Part shown: positions 46,504 through 56,511 of the stretch, piece by piece | Layout: every line of letters starts with the position of its first letter | Position numbering within the stretch: position 1 is the stretch's first letter | IMG/VR virus record: IMGVR_UViG_3300025018_001404 | Location: 1-64,000 of that record | Length of the DNA stretch: 64,000 bases | Strand: one strand, 5' to 3' | Origin: a virus | Notes under the pieces: model-generated | Databases searched by the model: none | Told to the model about the DNA's origin: nothing | Seen by the model: only the letters and a program-made list of their open reading frames with translations | Translations under genes and position numbers: made by a program

Positions 46504-47269
46504 CCGCCATTTCTTTCGGTGCTTCGACCGGGAATCCTCGTGACCAGTCCCTCAGGAAGTGGGTGTCGTAGATCACATGCATACCCTCTTTGCGGGCTTC
46601 ATGGATCGTCTTTGTAAGCGGGCCGTCCGTAGGTCCAAACCAGTTATCGGTCCTGACCACGGCGATATCCTTACGATCCTTGATCGCCTTCACCTGGTCG
46701 GGATGGGACAGGCAGATAACTTTTACCGGCGAACCCATTCTCTCGAATTTCACGGATACCTCACCCATGTCCACATGCTGGCTCAGAATCTCACCGGGGA
46801 GTTTGGCGACGGCATTAGGGAAGTTCTTCTTGTTCTGGCAGATGATATAGAAGTCGAAGAAACCGTTCAGGGGGTCGCTATCTTGTGTCACGGGTTTCGG
46901 CTTCCGACCACGTCTAGGCCGGTCAATCTTGTTCTCGCGGATCAATTTGATCACGCTGGCCATTTCATCAACGTCTCCCGGCGTATCCGGTACCCTGGAG
47001 GGAGGAGCATAGTGAAGCACTTTCTCGTTATCGTCATCATGAGCCACCTCAGGCTCTGGTACAGCGCCACTGATGCGAACAGGCTGCGGTACCACGGGGT
47101 TAGCGGATACTCTTTGGATATAGGTTTGAACCTGACTACAGATTTCTGACCAACTGGTTCTGAAATCATCTAGTGAACCAGATTCCAGACTCACCTGCAC
47201 GGTATGCGCCACTGCTCGTTCCGGGCTGAAGTCCAGCAACAGGCTTTGATTTATTTTGTTCACCTTCAA
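46493..47269 (-). CDS. Hypothetical protein (paralogue A, ...FLRDWSRGFP)
   Basis: Own promoter; RBS AAGGAG; RRGRKPK AT-hook-like motif. Confidence 0.7.
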   Translation of the reverse strand: MKVNKINQSLLLDFSPERAVAHTVQVSLESGSLDDFRTSWSEICSQVQTYIQRVSANPVVPQPVRISGAVPEPEVAHDDDNEKVLHYAPPSRVPDTPGDVDEMASVIKLIRENKIDRPRRGRKPKPVTQDSDPLNGFFDFYIICQNKKNFPNAVAKLPGEILSQHVDMGEVSVKFERMGSPVKVICLSHPDQVKAIKDRKDIAVVRTDNWFGPTDGPLTKTIHEARKEGMHVIYDTHFLRDWSRGFPVEAPKEMADAT

Positions 47270-47301
47270 CTCCTTGGGGTTGGGTCTGCATTAACCCTGG
47301 A

Positions 47302-47330
47302 ATTTTACAAAGAGTTGCAACGAGTGTCAA
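47302..47330 (-). promoter_or_regulatory. sigma70-like promoter
   Basis: TTGACA-17bp-TAAAAT with TGCAA in the spacer. Confidence 0.75.
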
Positions 47331-47338
47331 TCAAAAAG

Positions 47339-47731
47339 TTACCTGTAAGGGAACCCTCTCGACCAGTCGCGGATAAAAGTGTCATCGTCCACGACTGGAA
47401 CGTCCAGCATCGCCAGAGCATAAGTGATTTCCTGCTTCTTCTCGTCGGTGAGGTGTCGCATCCCGGCATAAGTCAGGACAACCATGTCACGGTCACGCAG
47501 GGAGTCGTAGTCTTGCATCAGCTTGAAGTTGATCGTTCTGCCGCGTCGATTGAATCGGAACCAACCTTGATGGCGGTCGAAGTCGTAGCACTCGCCTGAC
47601 AGGGCGCATATCCATGTCTCCATACTCTGGGGATCAGGGCAGAAGACGTGGACGGTGTCGGTGTCAGCTAGTGGATCGGATAAGGTAACCTTGCTCATTT
47701 CTGTCGGCCCCGTAAAAGTCACATTTGCCAT
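47339..47731 (-). CDS. Hypothetical protein (paralogue B, ...FIRDWSRGFP)
   Basis: Start MANVTF behind RBS AAGGGGA; promoter TTGACT-17bp-CATTTT at 47778-47806. Confidence 0.7.
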   Translation of the reverse strand: MANVTFTGPTEMSKVTLSDPLADTDTVHVFCPDPQSMETWICALSGECYDFDRHQGWFRFNRRGRTINFKLMQDYDSLRDRDMVVLTYAGMRHLTDEKKQEITYALAMLDVPVVDDDTFIRDWSRGFPYR

Positions 47732-47892
47732 GTCGTAGTCCCCTTGTGCGTCTATCTGCCCTCTAAGTAGTAACCCAAAAATGCCAGTCTTTGCAGCGAG
47801 AGTCAACGAAAAGTTGTCATAAAGACGATAAATAGGGCTATTTCTAGAATACCTTGCATCTACAATCACATTAATTCAAATTCGATAGGTAT

Positions 47893-49767
47893 TCAGGCCG
47901 CTGTTGCATGTTTGTGCAACAAAGGGTCTGCCCGCCATTTTCCCGACGTTATGGTCCCGATGAACCTGGCACCAGAAGTGTAGGTGCAAATGTAGGAATG
48001 AGACCAAGAACTTGGCCCACGGGTGTAGTCCGGATTGAGGATCGAGAATGTGCCTGCCTGATAGATTCCGTCCACGATATTGGCGCTGTGGCTGTGCCCG
48101 ATGTTGGCCTTGCGCCCGGAGCGGGAGAGGTTCCTGGAACTGCCACGGGAGCCGTTCGGTCCAAGGTCGCCATGGAGTCCACACTCGATTCCTCCCTCGC
48201 CATCCCGTGAACATATGACGAACGACTCATCTTCATCAAGGAATCGGATGTTTTCAACATCTGCGCCAACGACTTGCAAGCCCTCATGGAGATAATTGCA
48301 ATCGGGTTTTCCAGTGGTGCGGATCAGTTCGAGAACGCGAGTCTGCATACGCATCCAGAACTCGGCGTTGACCGGGTCCTTCAGGCCGTTCTGTTCCTTG
48401 AGCCAGCGACCGAGATGGTTGTGATGGTTCGAATCGACCACGACCGTCTGACACCAGGGCCTGCGGGTATCCGAGAGGAACAGACCGGTGTCGACAAGCT
48501 CCTGCTCGACATCCGCCAGACCCCATACATGCTTGTGGAAAACGTAGTGCGGGTCCTTGATGTCATGGTGCGAGCGTGACCTGAAATCCAGCACGTCACC
48601 CATGAACTGGTATTTCGGCCTCAGCGTATCGAGAATGCCACCGGGACCAAAGGCGACATCGCTGACCATGGTGTCCAGGTTAGCCACATGGATATCCCCC
48701 CACAGAACGGCTTCAACCCAATCGCCTTTCTCTACGATACCGTTCTTTACCCTTAGGTCAAGGTCATGGATCGTACCGTCGTTGCTGCCCTTCAACTGGC
48801 GGCAAAACCAGTCACCATCCGAGTCAACCTCGACCAGCAGCGCACCATATACGTGGTGGAACTCAGCCTTCAGGCCTGCCGTCCGCTGGATGTAGTTCCG
48901 GAGCGTGATGCAGCCTGTCGTGTAATTGAACTTCGTCGGCTCGTGTTTTGCCGATGCGACGGACTCCATGGCGATTTTAGGGTGAGGGAAGATACCTGAT
49001 GCGCGGCCTGTATAGGTCTCGAAGCCTGATAGCGGACGAGCCTTTGTCGGCAGGATGTTCTGTTCACCGCACCACTCCAAGCCGGTCGCAACCCTGGTAC
49101 GTTCATCCAGGATGTAATTGTTCAGAGCCGGGTCCCAGGTGAGGGAGTCACCACCGTACAGCGTCTCGCCTTTCTTGGTGAACTGCGCCTTGTCACCGCG
49201 AGCACCTAGTCCAGCCTTCATATAGGTGAAGCGGGAGACGAAAACCTCAGCGCCATAGTGCTCGGCCAGCGCCAGTATGTTTTCCCAGAGGCGAGTGTGA
49301 ATCTTCGTATCGTTCTGGGCACAGGTGAAGATGTAGCGGTTGACCTGGCCAGGGAGGGGACGACTGAACTGCCTGACCTTTGGTGGGATTACACGGCCTT
49401 CCGTCAGTTTGACCATCTTCTCTTCAGTTGTCTTCGTTGTGGCCCTAGAGGGAGCCTTTGAGAAATGCCCACCAGCGATGGCATCGTCAAGCATTCTACC
49501 CGCTAAGGTATTACCAATCCCCAGAGCGCGCATGACGGCCCGCATGGACTTGCCGTTCTCGTCGTAGAGTTTGGCGAAGTGTTCCAAAGAGCAGGGGAAA
49601 TTCTCAAACTCATGCCCCACCTTGAGCGGGTTCGCTACGCCCGTCTCTACGGCCTGTCGGTACAACATTTGGACCTTCTTCCGGCTCGTGCCTGTCGCCG
49701 CAGCAGCCTTATTCAAACTACCGTACTGTACGCGGCACGCGACCGCCTGCTCAGGTGTTGAGATCAT
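47893..49767 (-). CDS. T5 A1-like metallophosphoesterase/nuclease with N-terminal HTH-like segments
   Basis: FTCAQN.T, NILPT..RPLSG, FHHVYGALLVE, GDIH, SNH, HGD.GPNGSRGS, GHSHS. Confidence 0.75.
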   Translation of the reverse strand: MISTPEQAVACRVQYGSLNKAAAATGTSRKKVQMLYRQAVETGVANPLKVGHEFENFPCSLEHFAKLYDENGKSMRAVMRALGIGNTLAGRMLDDAIAGGHFSKAPSRATTKTTEEKMVKLTEGRVIPPKVRQFSRPLPGQVNRYIFTCAQNDTKIHTRLWENILALAEHYGAEVFVSRFTYMKAGLGARGDKAQFTKKGETLYGGDSLTWDPALNNYILDERTRVATGLEWCGEQNILPTKARPLSGFETYTGRASGIFPHPKIAMESVASAKHEPTKFNYTTGCITLRNYIQRTAGLKAEFHHVYGALLVEVDSDGDWFCRQLKGSNDGTIHDLDLRVKNGIVEKGDWVEAVLWGDIHVANLDTMVSDVAFGPGGILDTLRPKYQFMGDVLDFRSRSHHDIKDPHYVFHKHVWGLADVEQELVDTGLFLSDTRRPWCQTVVVDSNHHNHLGRWLKEQNGLKDPVNAEFWMRMQTRVLELIRTTGKPDCNYLHEGLQVVGADVENIRFLDEDESFVICSRDGEGGIECGLHGDLGPNGSRGSSRNLSRSGRKANIGHSHSANIVDGIYQAGTFSILNPDYTRGPSSWSHSYICTYTSGARFIGTITSGKWRADPLLHKHATAA

Positions 49768-50255
49768 TTAACTACTCCTAATGACTTGAGTCCCCACCAA
49801 GCGATCAATGCTGCCTCAGCAGGACCATCATCTTTGACTCGCTTGAATTCGTGCGCGTAGTCTGGAAACAACTCAGCGGCTCTGAACCTAGCGTGGTCCT
49901 TGGCGGCACCCAATCCTAGATCACCCTTCCATTTGGCAGGTGTGACGTAGGTTACTGGAATCCCGTATACAGCGAGCAGGCCGCGAGGGACTCCACAGAC
50001 ATACCCGAACTTGTAGGCGCTGCTGATTCCCTGACCTGGCATGACTCCTACCTTTTCAAGGAAGGCATGTTCAGCGCCGTAGTACATGAGATTGAAGTCC
50101 TGCGCCAATTCCGCGACGTTCAAATCCCGGCCCTTAGCCTTGGCGGGTACGGCTGGCATCCTGAGAATCATCAGCGACAACTTGCCCGTATCCGGCTCTT
50201 TCTCCAGAAAGGCTAGTGCGCCGTCCAAGCCAGGGTCTAAGCCAATAACTTTCAT
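49764..50255 (-). CDS. RuvC-like Holliday junction resolvase
   Basis: IGLDPGLDGALA, LEKV, V.PAKWK, DG.AEAALIA. Confidence 0.88.
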   Translation of the reverse strand: MKVIGLDPGLDGALAFLEKEPDTGKLSLMILRMPAVPAKAKGRDLNVAELAQDFNLMYYGAEHAFLEKVGVMPGQGISSAYKFGYVCGVPRGLLAVYGIPVTYVTPAKWKGDLGLGAAKDHARFRAAELFPDYAHEFKRVKDDGPAEAALIAWWGLKSLGVVK

Positions 50256-50404
50256 CCTAGTACAGCTATGATAAGCGATATAACCGCAAGGCTAATAGCG
50301 TGGCCCGGTTTGATGAAATCGCCAGTAAGCGCCTTTATCCCAATGCCAACCACAGCAGCAGCCAACAAAACTCCAAAGAATGAAACCGGAGTAGAATGGA
50401 TCAT
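50252..50404 (-). CDS. 50-aa two-TM membrane peptide
   Basis: MIHSTPVSFFGVLLAAAVVGIG...AISLAVISLIIAVLG; ATGA overlaps at both ends. Confidence 0.55.
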   Translation of the reverse strand: MIHSTPVSFFGVLLAAAVVGIGIKALTGDFIKPGHAISLAVISLIIAVLG

Positions 50405-53379
50405 TTCCTATACCTATACATGGCTTCTCCAGCCGCGCCTACGGGACAACCTTCAGCCCATGGCGGGATCGGGTTTATCATCAGGTCCAAGAACTCTTCC
50501 TGGTTGCCGTGGTCTTCATCGACTTCACAGACCAGTTCGTCATGGACCGTCAGAACAATGGGGTAGCCTGCGGCTTCAACCCTGACCATGGCTTCCACCA
50601 TCAGATCACGAGAGATCGCCTGGACAGCGTTCTCTGTCCAGATACCGGCGTAGCCTCTGCAGATGCCCCAAGCACCGCCACGTTTGTTGTCTCGCCCTTC
50701 ATAAAGGACCTGGGCAGATAATTTACCATTGCCCCACTTATCAATCATTTCGATCTGAGGGTTAAAGTACCATAGAATTCGGCCATTTGGAAGAATCATT
50801 TGCAGCCACTGTCCAGCCTTATCGCTAATGCAGCGGAATGCGAGGTTGCGGTATGAGAATGTTTGCCCTTTGTGTCTTATGGCTTTGACGGCGGCATCAT
50901 CGAGCGCCCACCATAGCGACGTAATAGAAGGGTGCTTCTCTCTCCAAGATTTCTTGAAGTGTTCAACCTGTTCATCGTTGTATGTATCTGATCGGTCGAA
51001 GTTACGCCAAGCACCTATACCTCCAACGTAGCCGAAAGCCAGAGTGCAGGTTTTGCCAACTTGTCTGTCTGTCTTATCTTTCTTGGTAACAAAACGTCCT
51101 AGTACCATCGACGCAGTAGCGCAGTACATGTCATCGAAGCCATTATACTTCTCACCTCTAGCGATAGCACTAAACGCTTCTATAAGCCAGTCTTCACCAG
51201 CTAACCACGCCAGTACCACCGCCTCAATGGCGCTAAAATCCGCAACCCTGAGAATCTTTCCAGGCGCGGCTATAATCATGCCACGAAGAGATGACGCGAT
51301 AGCCTCCATCGGGTCACCAGCCAGAAGGGTAAGGCACTCCAGGTCGCGGTTCTTGATCGCCTCTATCAGGACATCTATGTCTAGTTCTTCGATACCGCGA
51401 GGAAAATTTTGCGGCTGGATTCCCCTACCACTGTTTCCCGTCACCCAAACCTTGCCGTTGCGACGGACCAGGAAGAACCCTGTCTTAGTCTCCGCGCAGT
51501 ACACCCATCCATCGAACTCCTCGGTGGTACGCTCTTTGTCCGGTCGGTACTCGTTACGGTTGCTAGGATTCAACCAGACATTCAGGATGTGGGAATCGTT
51601 CCAGTTCTCTTCGTCGTGGGTCTTAACGGTTACACAGGCAGCAAGTCCAGAAGTGTGCGCCAGGGCTTGAAGGACATCGACGTTCTGCTTAACGACGCTG
51701 CTGTACTGTACTGAGTTAGGTCCAGCGCGATAGCCGTCCCACTGCTCAAGTTCTTCGAATACGATTGTTGGATCACAGTCAAGGAGCCACCAGCCAAATA
51801 CCTTCTCCCTAAACATCCTCAAGAACATCGGTAGGTGACGATACCGTATAGTTAGGGTCGTTGACCCGTCGCTGTACTCTGCAACAGAGAACACTATTCC
51901 GGCTCGACGCAACAGCATCTTACACCGTTGGACCTTACGGTCCTTCTTGAACCGGAATCGAAGTTGCCCGTCCTGAGCGTAGTGACCATCCGCTTGGGTC
52001 ATTACCAGTATACGCAACTGGTCGTTGTCTATACTCGGTGTAAAAGTACGAGTTCCCGTGTACGGCAATTTCACACGCCGATTCAGGTCTTTAACTTCCT
52101 TCACATCAAACTTGGTTGTTTTAACGTCCCAAGTCGGCATTTTATGCTCGGGCGTCGAAAGTTGGTCAACTCGCTTATTAGACAAGTGGATAAGTTCACC
52201 CGTGTACGGAAAGCTAAGAGCCTCGGACTCCTGAAAAGACACCTGCTCATTCTCATTCCAGCAGGCGATATCCCCACCTTGCCACTCATCCAATCTAACC
52301 CAACCATTTGGCGTAAGGACTTCGTGATCGCCAGTAAGGCACCATCGACCGGTTCCTGCTCCGTAGTATTGTAGCGTACCCCTGATGCGGCCATCGTCGT
52401 TTACCGTCGCCAGGAACTTGGACAACTTGGATACGGAACTGCTGGAAAGTTGCTGCCTGATCTCAAGGACTCGGCGGCACGGGCCTTCAACCCACTTGAG
52501 TTTCAGAAAGTCATCTACGGTGTCTGCCTTGAGATCAGGGATGAAGACGTTGTTTGCCTCAAGCCACTCCCGCATGGCGGCTACTTGCTTGCCGGTCTGT
52601 ACCGCGCCTCCGGTGATTTCCTGTAGTTCAGCCGCCAGTCTCTCGACAGTAGTCTCCACGACCCACTGAGCCGCATGTACGGCCTCAAGATCGATCTGCA
52701 CCCCTCGCTGGTTGATGACCTGATCCAGCACCCATATCCTGTACTCAGGGTCAGGGAGATCACCAATCATCTCTGACAGCGCCTCTTCTGTCCTGACATC
52801 CTGGGCGCAGTAGTCGTAGGTTTCCTGGTACAGTTCCGGGAACTCTTCCTTCGTGCGCCACAGCACCGGCCACTGGTCTGGTGTCAGGCCTTCGGCTTCG
52901 AACCGCTTCTTGTCGGCCTTCAGCGGTCTCCTGGGCTTGGACAACTGATCCAGCAGATAGGAGCCGCGCTTGTCCTTCTTCGTCGAGAGGCTGACAACGT
53001 CACCGACTTTATCAAGTGCGAGGGGGAGGGAGCGATAGGCGCACGATGCCAGGGTGTCTACCCATCTTGACGGCATCGGAATGTGGCGGCGCTTGAGTAG
53101 AACATGGTACCAGATGGCCCGCTCGAACTGAGCGTTGTGAGCCTCAAGCGTCCCGCCGTTGGTGTAGAAATCTATGAGTTCCTGGGTAAACCGCTGATCC
53201 GGTGTCCATACTTTTACGTCTTCACCCGGTAGCCTGTACCCAAGACAAATAATTTCAGTAGAATGATGCTCTGCATATCGCCATGCACCGACACCATCTT
53301 TTCCCTTGATCGGGAGTTCAGACCTGGTCTCGAAGTCTACAACTGCTCGCGGTGCAATAAGGGCGGCTGGTCTGGCCAT
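50401..53379 (-). CDS. polA: DNA polymerase family A, intein-containing
   Basis: Exonuclease motifs DFET, AHNAQFE, YCAQD; polymerase motifs ADFSAIE, R..GK...LA.GY, VHDE. Confidence 0.95.
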   Translation of the reverse strand: MARPAALIAPRAVVDFETRSELPIKGKDGVGAWRYAEHHSTEIICLGYRLPGEDVKVWTPDQRFTQELIDFYTNGGTLEAHNAQFERAIWYHVLLKRRHIPMPSRWVDTLASCAYRSLPLALDKVGDVVSLSTKKDKRGSYLLDQLSKPRRPLKADKKRFEAEGLTPDQWPVLWRTKEEFPELYQETYDYCAQDVRTEEALSEMIGDLPDPEYRIWVLDQVINQRGVQIDLEAVHAAQWVVETTVERLAAELQEITGGAVQTGKQVAAMREWLEANNVFIPDLKADTVDDFLKLKWVEGPCRRVLEIRQQLSSSSVSKLSKFLATVNDDGRIRGTLQYYGAGTGRWCLTGDHEVLTPNGWVRLDEWQGGDIACWNENEQVSFQESEALSFPYTGELIHLSNKRVDQLSTPEHKMPTWDVKTTKFDVKEVKDLNRRVKLPYTGTRTFTPSIDNDQLRILVMTQADGHYAQDGQLRFRFKKDRKVQRCKMLLRRAGIVFSVAEYSDGSTTLTIRYRHLPMFLRMFREKVFGWWLLDCDPTIVFEELEQWDGYRAGPNSVQYSSVVKQNVDVLQALAHTSGLAACVTVKTHDEENWNDSHILNVWLNPSNRNEYRPDKERTTEEFDGWVYCAETKTGFFLVRRNGKVWVTGNSGRGIQPQNFPRGIEELDIDVLIEAIKNRDLECLTLLAGDPMEAIASSLRGMIIAAPGKILRVADFSAIEAVVLAWLAGEDWLIEAFSAIARGEKYNGFDDMYCATASMVLGRFVTKKDKTDRQVGKTCTLAFGYVGGIGAWRNFDRSDTYNDEQVEHFKKSWREKHPSITSLWWALDDAAVKAIRHKGQTFSYRNLAFRCISDKAGQWLQMILPNGRILWYFNPQIEMIDKWGNGKLSAQVLYEGRDNKRGGAWGICRGYAGIWTENAVQAISRDLMVEAMVRVEAAGYPIVLTVHDELVCEVDEDHGNQEEFLDLMINPIPPWAEGCPVGAAGEAMYRYRK
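51433..52341 (-). mobile_element. Intein (303 aa) with a LAGLIDADG-type endonuclease
   Basis: Starts CLTGDHEVLTPNGW, block B TPEH, MTQADG and LEQWDG motifs, ends VRRNGKVWVTGN|S. Removing it restores TGRW|SG..IQPQN. Confidence 0.92.
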
Positions 53380-53396
53380 TTTTCCGTCCTGTAAAT

Positions 53397-53497
53397 TTCT
53401 CTTTTCAGAGAACAGGCCCTGGGTCAGGGGGAGGGAACCGACAGACTGCGGAGGAGTCGAAGCTACGCAGTAAGGGGCCTGTTCTCAGAGAAGAGAG
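53397..53497. ncRNA. Branched stem-loop with SD/anti-SD-like loops between ssb and polA
   Basis: Outer stem GAGAACAGGCCC/GGGCCTGTTCTC encloses GTCaGG-GGGAGGGAA-CCGAC and ACTGCG-GAGGAGTCGAAGCTA-CGCAGT. Confidence 0.6.
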
Positions 53498-53586
53498 TGG
53501 TTGGAACCGTTTGTGGAACTAAGCGAACTCGGTATCGCCGTCCCAACCACAATCTTCAATTCACGTCCTAAGCGAATGGAGAACTC

Positions 53587-54288
53587 TTAGAACGGAATCT
53601 CGTCGTCCATGTCCTTGGTCGGGTCGTAGTCGGTTTCGCCGCCATCGATACCGTCGAAACGGTCCATCAGGGAGCCACCGCCGCCGATCCTGTCACCCTG
53701 CTTCACGAACCGGACCTGGTTCAGGTAGAAGGTGATGTGCTTCTCGCCGTCCACTTCAATGGCGCGGAGAGACACTTCGGCGTAACCATAGTTGCCGCCG
53801 ACAAACAGGCCCTTCGCCTTGGACATGCTGGTGTCCAGTTCCCGCGCCACCGTGACCCAGGTGTTCTTGTCCTTGTACTTCAGGGTCGGCGGGTAGTCCT
53901 GCCCGGTCTTGGCGTTGAGGACTTCCATGCCCTCGTAATACTCGGTGCCCTTCTTGCCTGCCTTCAGTTTCTTGGCATGGATATCCGATCCCTTCTTGAT
54001 CGGCCAGCGAAGGTCCTTGGCGGCGACAGCTTCCTTGACGTTGATGCCGTCCCACTTTTCCTTGGCCACGTCCACGAGCACCTTGCGGATGTCAACTTCA
54101 GCCAATTCACCGCTCTCTTCGTCATAGAGGCGGAATTTTGTCAGGTCATCTGGTTCGAACAGCATTTCGGTATTGTAGGTGGGATCGCCCTTCGGCTTGC
54201 CGTTCTGCATGTAAGGACGAGGCTCCAGCAGATTGGGGAACGACATACGAAAGGTCGGGGTAATCAGAACACGCGAGCCACTGGCCAT
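53587..54288 (-). CDS. Single-stranded DNA-binding protein (DUF2815-like)
   Basis: TP.FRMSFPNL.EPR, YLNQVRF...GDRIGGG, acidic tail DDEIPF. Confidence 0.85.
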   Translation of the reverse strand: MASGSRVLITPTFRMSFPNLLEPRPYMQNGKPKGDPTYNTEMLFEPDDLTKFRLYDEESGELAEVDIRKVLVDVAKEKWDGINVKEAVAAKDLRWPIKKGSDIHAKKLKAGKKGTEYYEGMEVLNAKTGQDYPPTLKYKDKNTWVTVARELDTSMSKAKGLFVGGNYGYAEVSLRAIEVDGEKHITFYLNQVRFVKQGDRIGGGGSLMDRFDGIDGGETDYDPTKDMDDEIPF

Positions 54289-54321
54289 CTGTTTATTCCT
54301 GTTTACTAGGGTTACTACTGC

Positions 54322-55476
54322 TTACTCTGAGTCAGTATCCGCCATGTCCATGAGCGGTCTTACTGCTTCTCTTTTATCACTGGTTGCAGCGAGAGTCAAG
54401 TCAGTCTGGGGTTTATATGCAAACTTTGTCACGAATGTCTTACCACCATCCAATTTCTCAATAGCTGGCGGCGTCTTCAGCGACGGTTCTGAATAGGCGT
54501 CGTCACCGAATGTCTCAATGAGGGCTTTGTCCGCACCTTCCTTCCAGACTCTATTCGCTTTTCCATAGACCAGTTTACGACCAGGAATGCTCTCGCCGTT
54601 ACGCGCACGGGTCAGCGCCAGCCTCTCGACGGCCTGAAAGAACTTCACAACCGGGTCCTTCTTATCCAGGATCGCGCCGATTTCCTCAGCGGTCATGTGG
54701 ACAGGGTCAACCGACGTGTCGAACTCCAGGGCTTCTTTCTTCAAGGCAGGGCATGTCCCCGCTTCCTTGGCGGCACAGAACCGGCACCATTCACCGATCT
54801 GCAGCATGGGATCGTCTTCACGTGTCGCTGCCATCGCAGGCAAGGATACTTCGAACCACCAGGCATTCAGTTCCTTGGGGCTTGTCACGTACTTGCGGAT
54901 CGGCCCCTTGGGATGTGGGATTCGCGGCTGGACGATATAGCACTCGACCACCTGGACGTCGTCACCGATGGATTCCAGTCCGAGATAGCCGTAATACTTG
55001 TTCTGGCTGCTGTCAGGTTCGACAACGACGCCTTCACCGTGCTTGTAGTCCACGACAATCAGCCGGTCGCCAGGTACATGGATGATCGTGTCACCAGTAC
55101 CGAAAGCATCCTCATCATAGATGCTGGCCATGCCGTGCTCAATCAGCAGACGAGCGCCGGGAAACTGATCCATCTTTTCACGGATGAACGAGACGTAGAG
55201 CGAGACCGCATCCGCCATGTCAGGATCGACTTCGAAGGTGAAATCCTCGACAGCAATGGACTGGCCGATGAACTCCCAGGTTTCCTTACCCTGCTCCAGA
55301 GCCATCGAGCCTACCAGATGAGCGGCAGTACCCTGAGCAGCGGCTTCATTGGTCTTGTGGGCGCTGTCACCGAGAGCAACCGTCTGCTTCACGGAGCCGG
55401 GACAGTTCGACCAGCGAGACATGCTGGAAGCGCCTAGCCTGCTGTGGCGTACCTCTTCAGTCTGGATAGCGTTCAC
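54322..55476 (-). CDS. Cas4-like PD-(D/E)XK exonuclease (DUF2800-like)
   Basis: HSRLGASS..RW..CPGS, GTAAH, FGTGD, DYKHG.G, IVQPR, WCRFC.A...C. Confidence 0.88.
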   Translation of the reverse strand: MNAIQTEEVRHSRLGASSMSRWSNCPGSVKQTVALGDSAHKTNEAAAQGTAAHLVGSMALEQGKETWEFIGQSIAVEDFTFEVDPDMADAVSLYVSFIREKMDQFPGARLLIEHGMASIYDEDAFGTGDTIIHVPGDRLIVVDYKHGEGVVVEPDSSQNKYYGYLGLESIGDDVQVVECYIVQPRIPHPKGPIRKYVTSPKELNAWWFEVSLPAMAATREDDPMLQIGEWCRFCAAKEAGTCPALKKEALEFDTSVDPVHMTAEEIGAILDKKDPVVKFFQAVERLALTRARNGESIPGRKLVYGKANRVWKEGADKALIETFGDDAYSEPSLKTPPAIEKLDGGKTFVTKFAYKPQTDLTLAATSDKREAVRPLMDMADTDSE

Positions 55477-55667
55477 GGTTCGACTCCGTCAAATACTGGT
55501 AACTGGTTTCATATTCTCGATCAGCCTCATAATGTCACCGGCCTTGTTCAGAGACTGATTCCGAAGGTGTTCCTCGTAAGGGGATGCACGCTCAGACCAA
55601 GTCCCGTTCCACGCAGACGGGTCTATGACTTTGGCGATCTCGATCATGATGTCGAAAGGTTCGCTCA

Positions 55668-56462
55668 TTACGCGACCTTCTTGGCCTTGTTTCGCTCGAC
55701 TTCATCCGCCAGCATGATGCTGAACTTGCCGATGTCAGCCTGCTTCAGATCGGAGATGCGGGCCACATTGAAGTGGCGAAGGAACTCATGCACCTTCGCG
55801 GCCTGGATAACCTTGTCATGCAGGTTCTTGGTCACCGACGCCTGAATATCGCGGGCAGTCAGTTCTTCAGAATCAGCAGACTTGGCCTTTGTATCGGCAA
55901 CCTGGGTGCCGCTATCGGGGATATCATCCAGACCAGTGACTACCGGCTTCGAAGCAGTAGTGGTACCGCTGTCAGGGATGTCGTCATCCGGAATATCCGC
56001 CACGGGGTTCGCCGGGTCCTGACGATCCTCTGGATTGGCGCTGATGTTGGACGCCTCTTCCTCGACGGCAGGCTTTTCCTTGGCAGGACGGCCACGCTTG
56101 CGATCACTGGTAGCGGCCTCAGCCTTTGCAGCAGCCTGCTCGATCAGCTTGTCAGAGAGCGGCTTTTCATCTGCCTTGGCAGCCTGGTCGGCCTTAACGG
56201 CGTCCGCGATCTTCTGAACGCTGGTGCGCTCTACCGTGAAGTCACCAACGACCAACTTGAGGTTGACGTTCTCAGGAAGGTCGAAACCGAGAGCCGCATA
56301 TGCCGTGGTGCAGGCCATCCGCATCAGAGTGTTGGCAGCGACCTGAACATCATCACCCGGCTCCAGGGCAGCAGACAGTTCTACGGTCGGAGCGGCCTTC
56401 TCGTAATCCTTCGGCTGCTTCTCACGGGTATATACGACTCTCAGTCCGTGTACTTCCATCAT
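55668..56462 (-). CDS. Hypothetical replication-module protein
   Basis: Acidic linker, RGRP motif, C-terminal L..FNV.RISDL; own promoter. Confidence 0.7.
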   Translation of the reverse strand: MMEVHGLRVVYTREKQPKDYEKAAPTVELSAALEPGDDVQVAANTLMRMACTTAYAALGFDLPENVNLKLVVGDFTVERTSVQKIADAVKADQAAKADEKPLSDKLIEQAAAKAEAATSDRKRGRPAKEKPAVEEEASNISANPEDRQDPANPVADIPDDDIPDSGTTTASKPVVTGLDDIPDSGTQVADTKAKSADSEELTARDIQASVTKNLHDKVIQAAKVHEFLRHFNVARISDLKQADIGKFSIMLADEVERNKAKKVA

Positions 56463-56511
56463 CTTGCTCCATGTGTCCCGCTCTTGCGGCGGTAGCGAAT
56501 CATTAATTGAG

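Noticed and set aside
54322-55476. cas4 as evidence of a CRISPR-Cas system
   Set aside because: No other cas genes or array; standard phage nuclease-SSB-PolA module.
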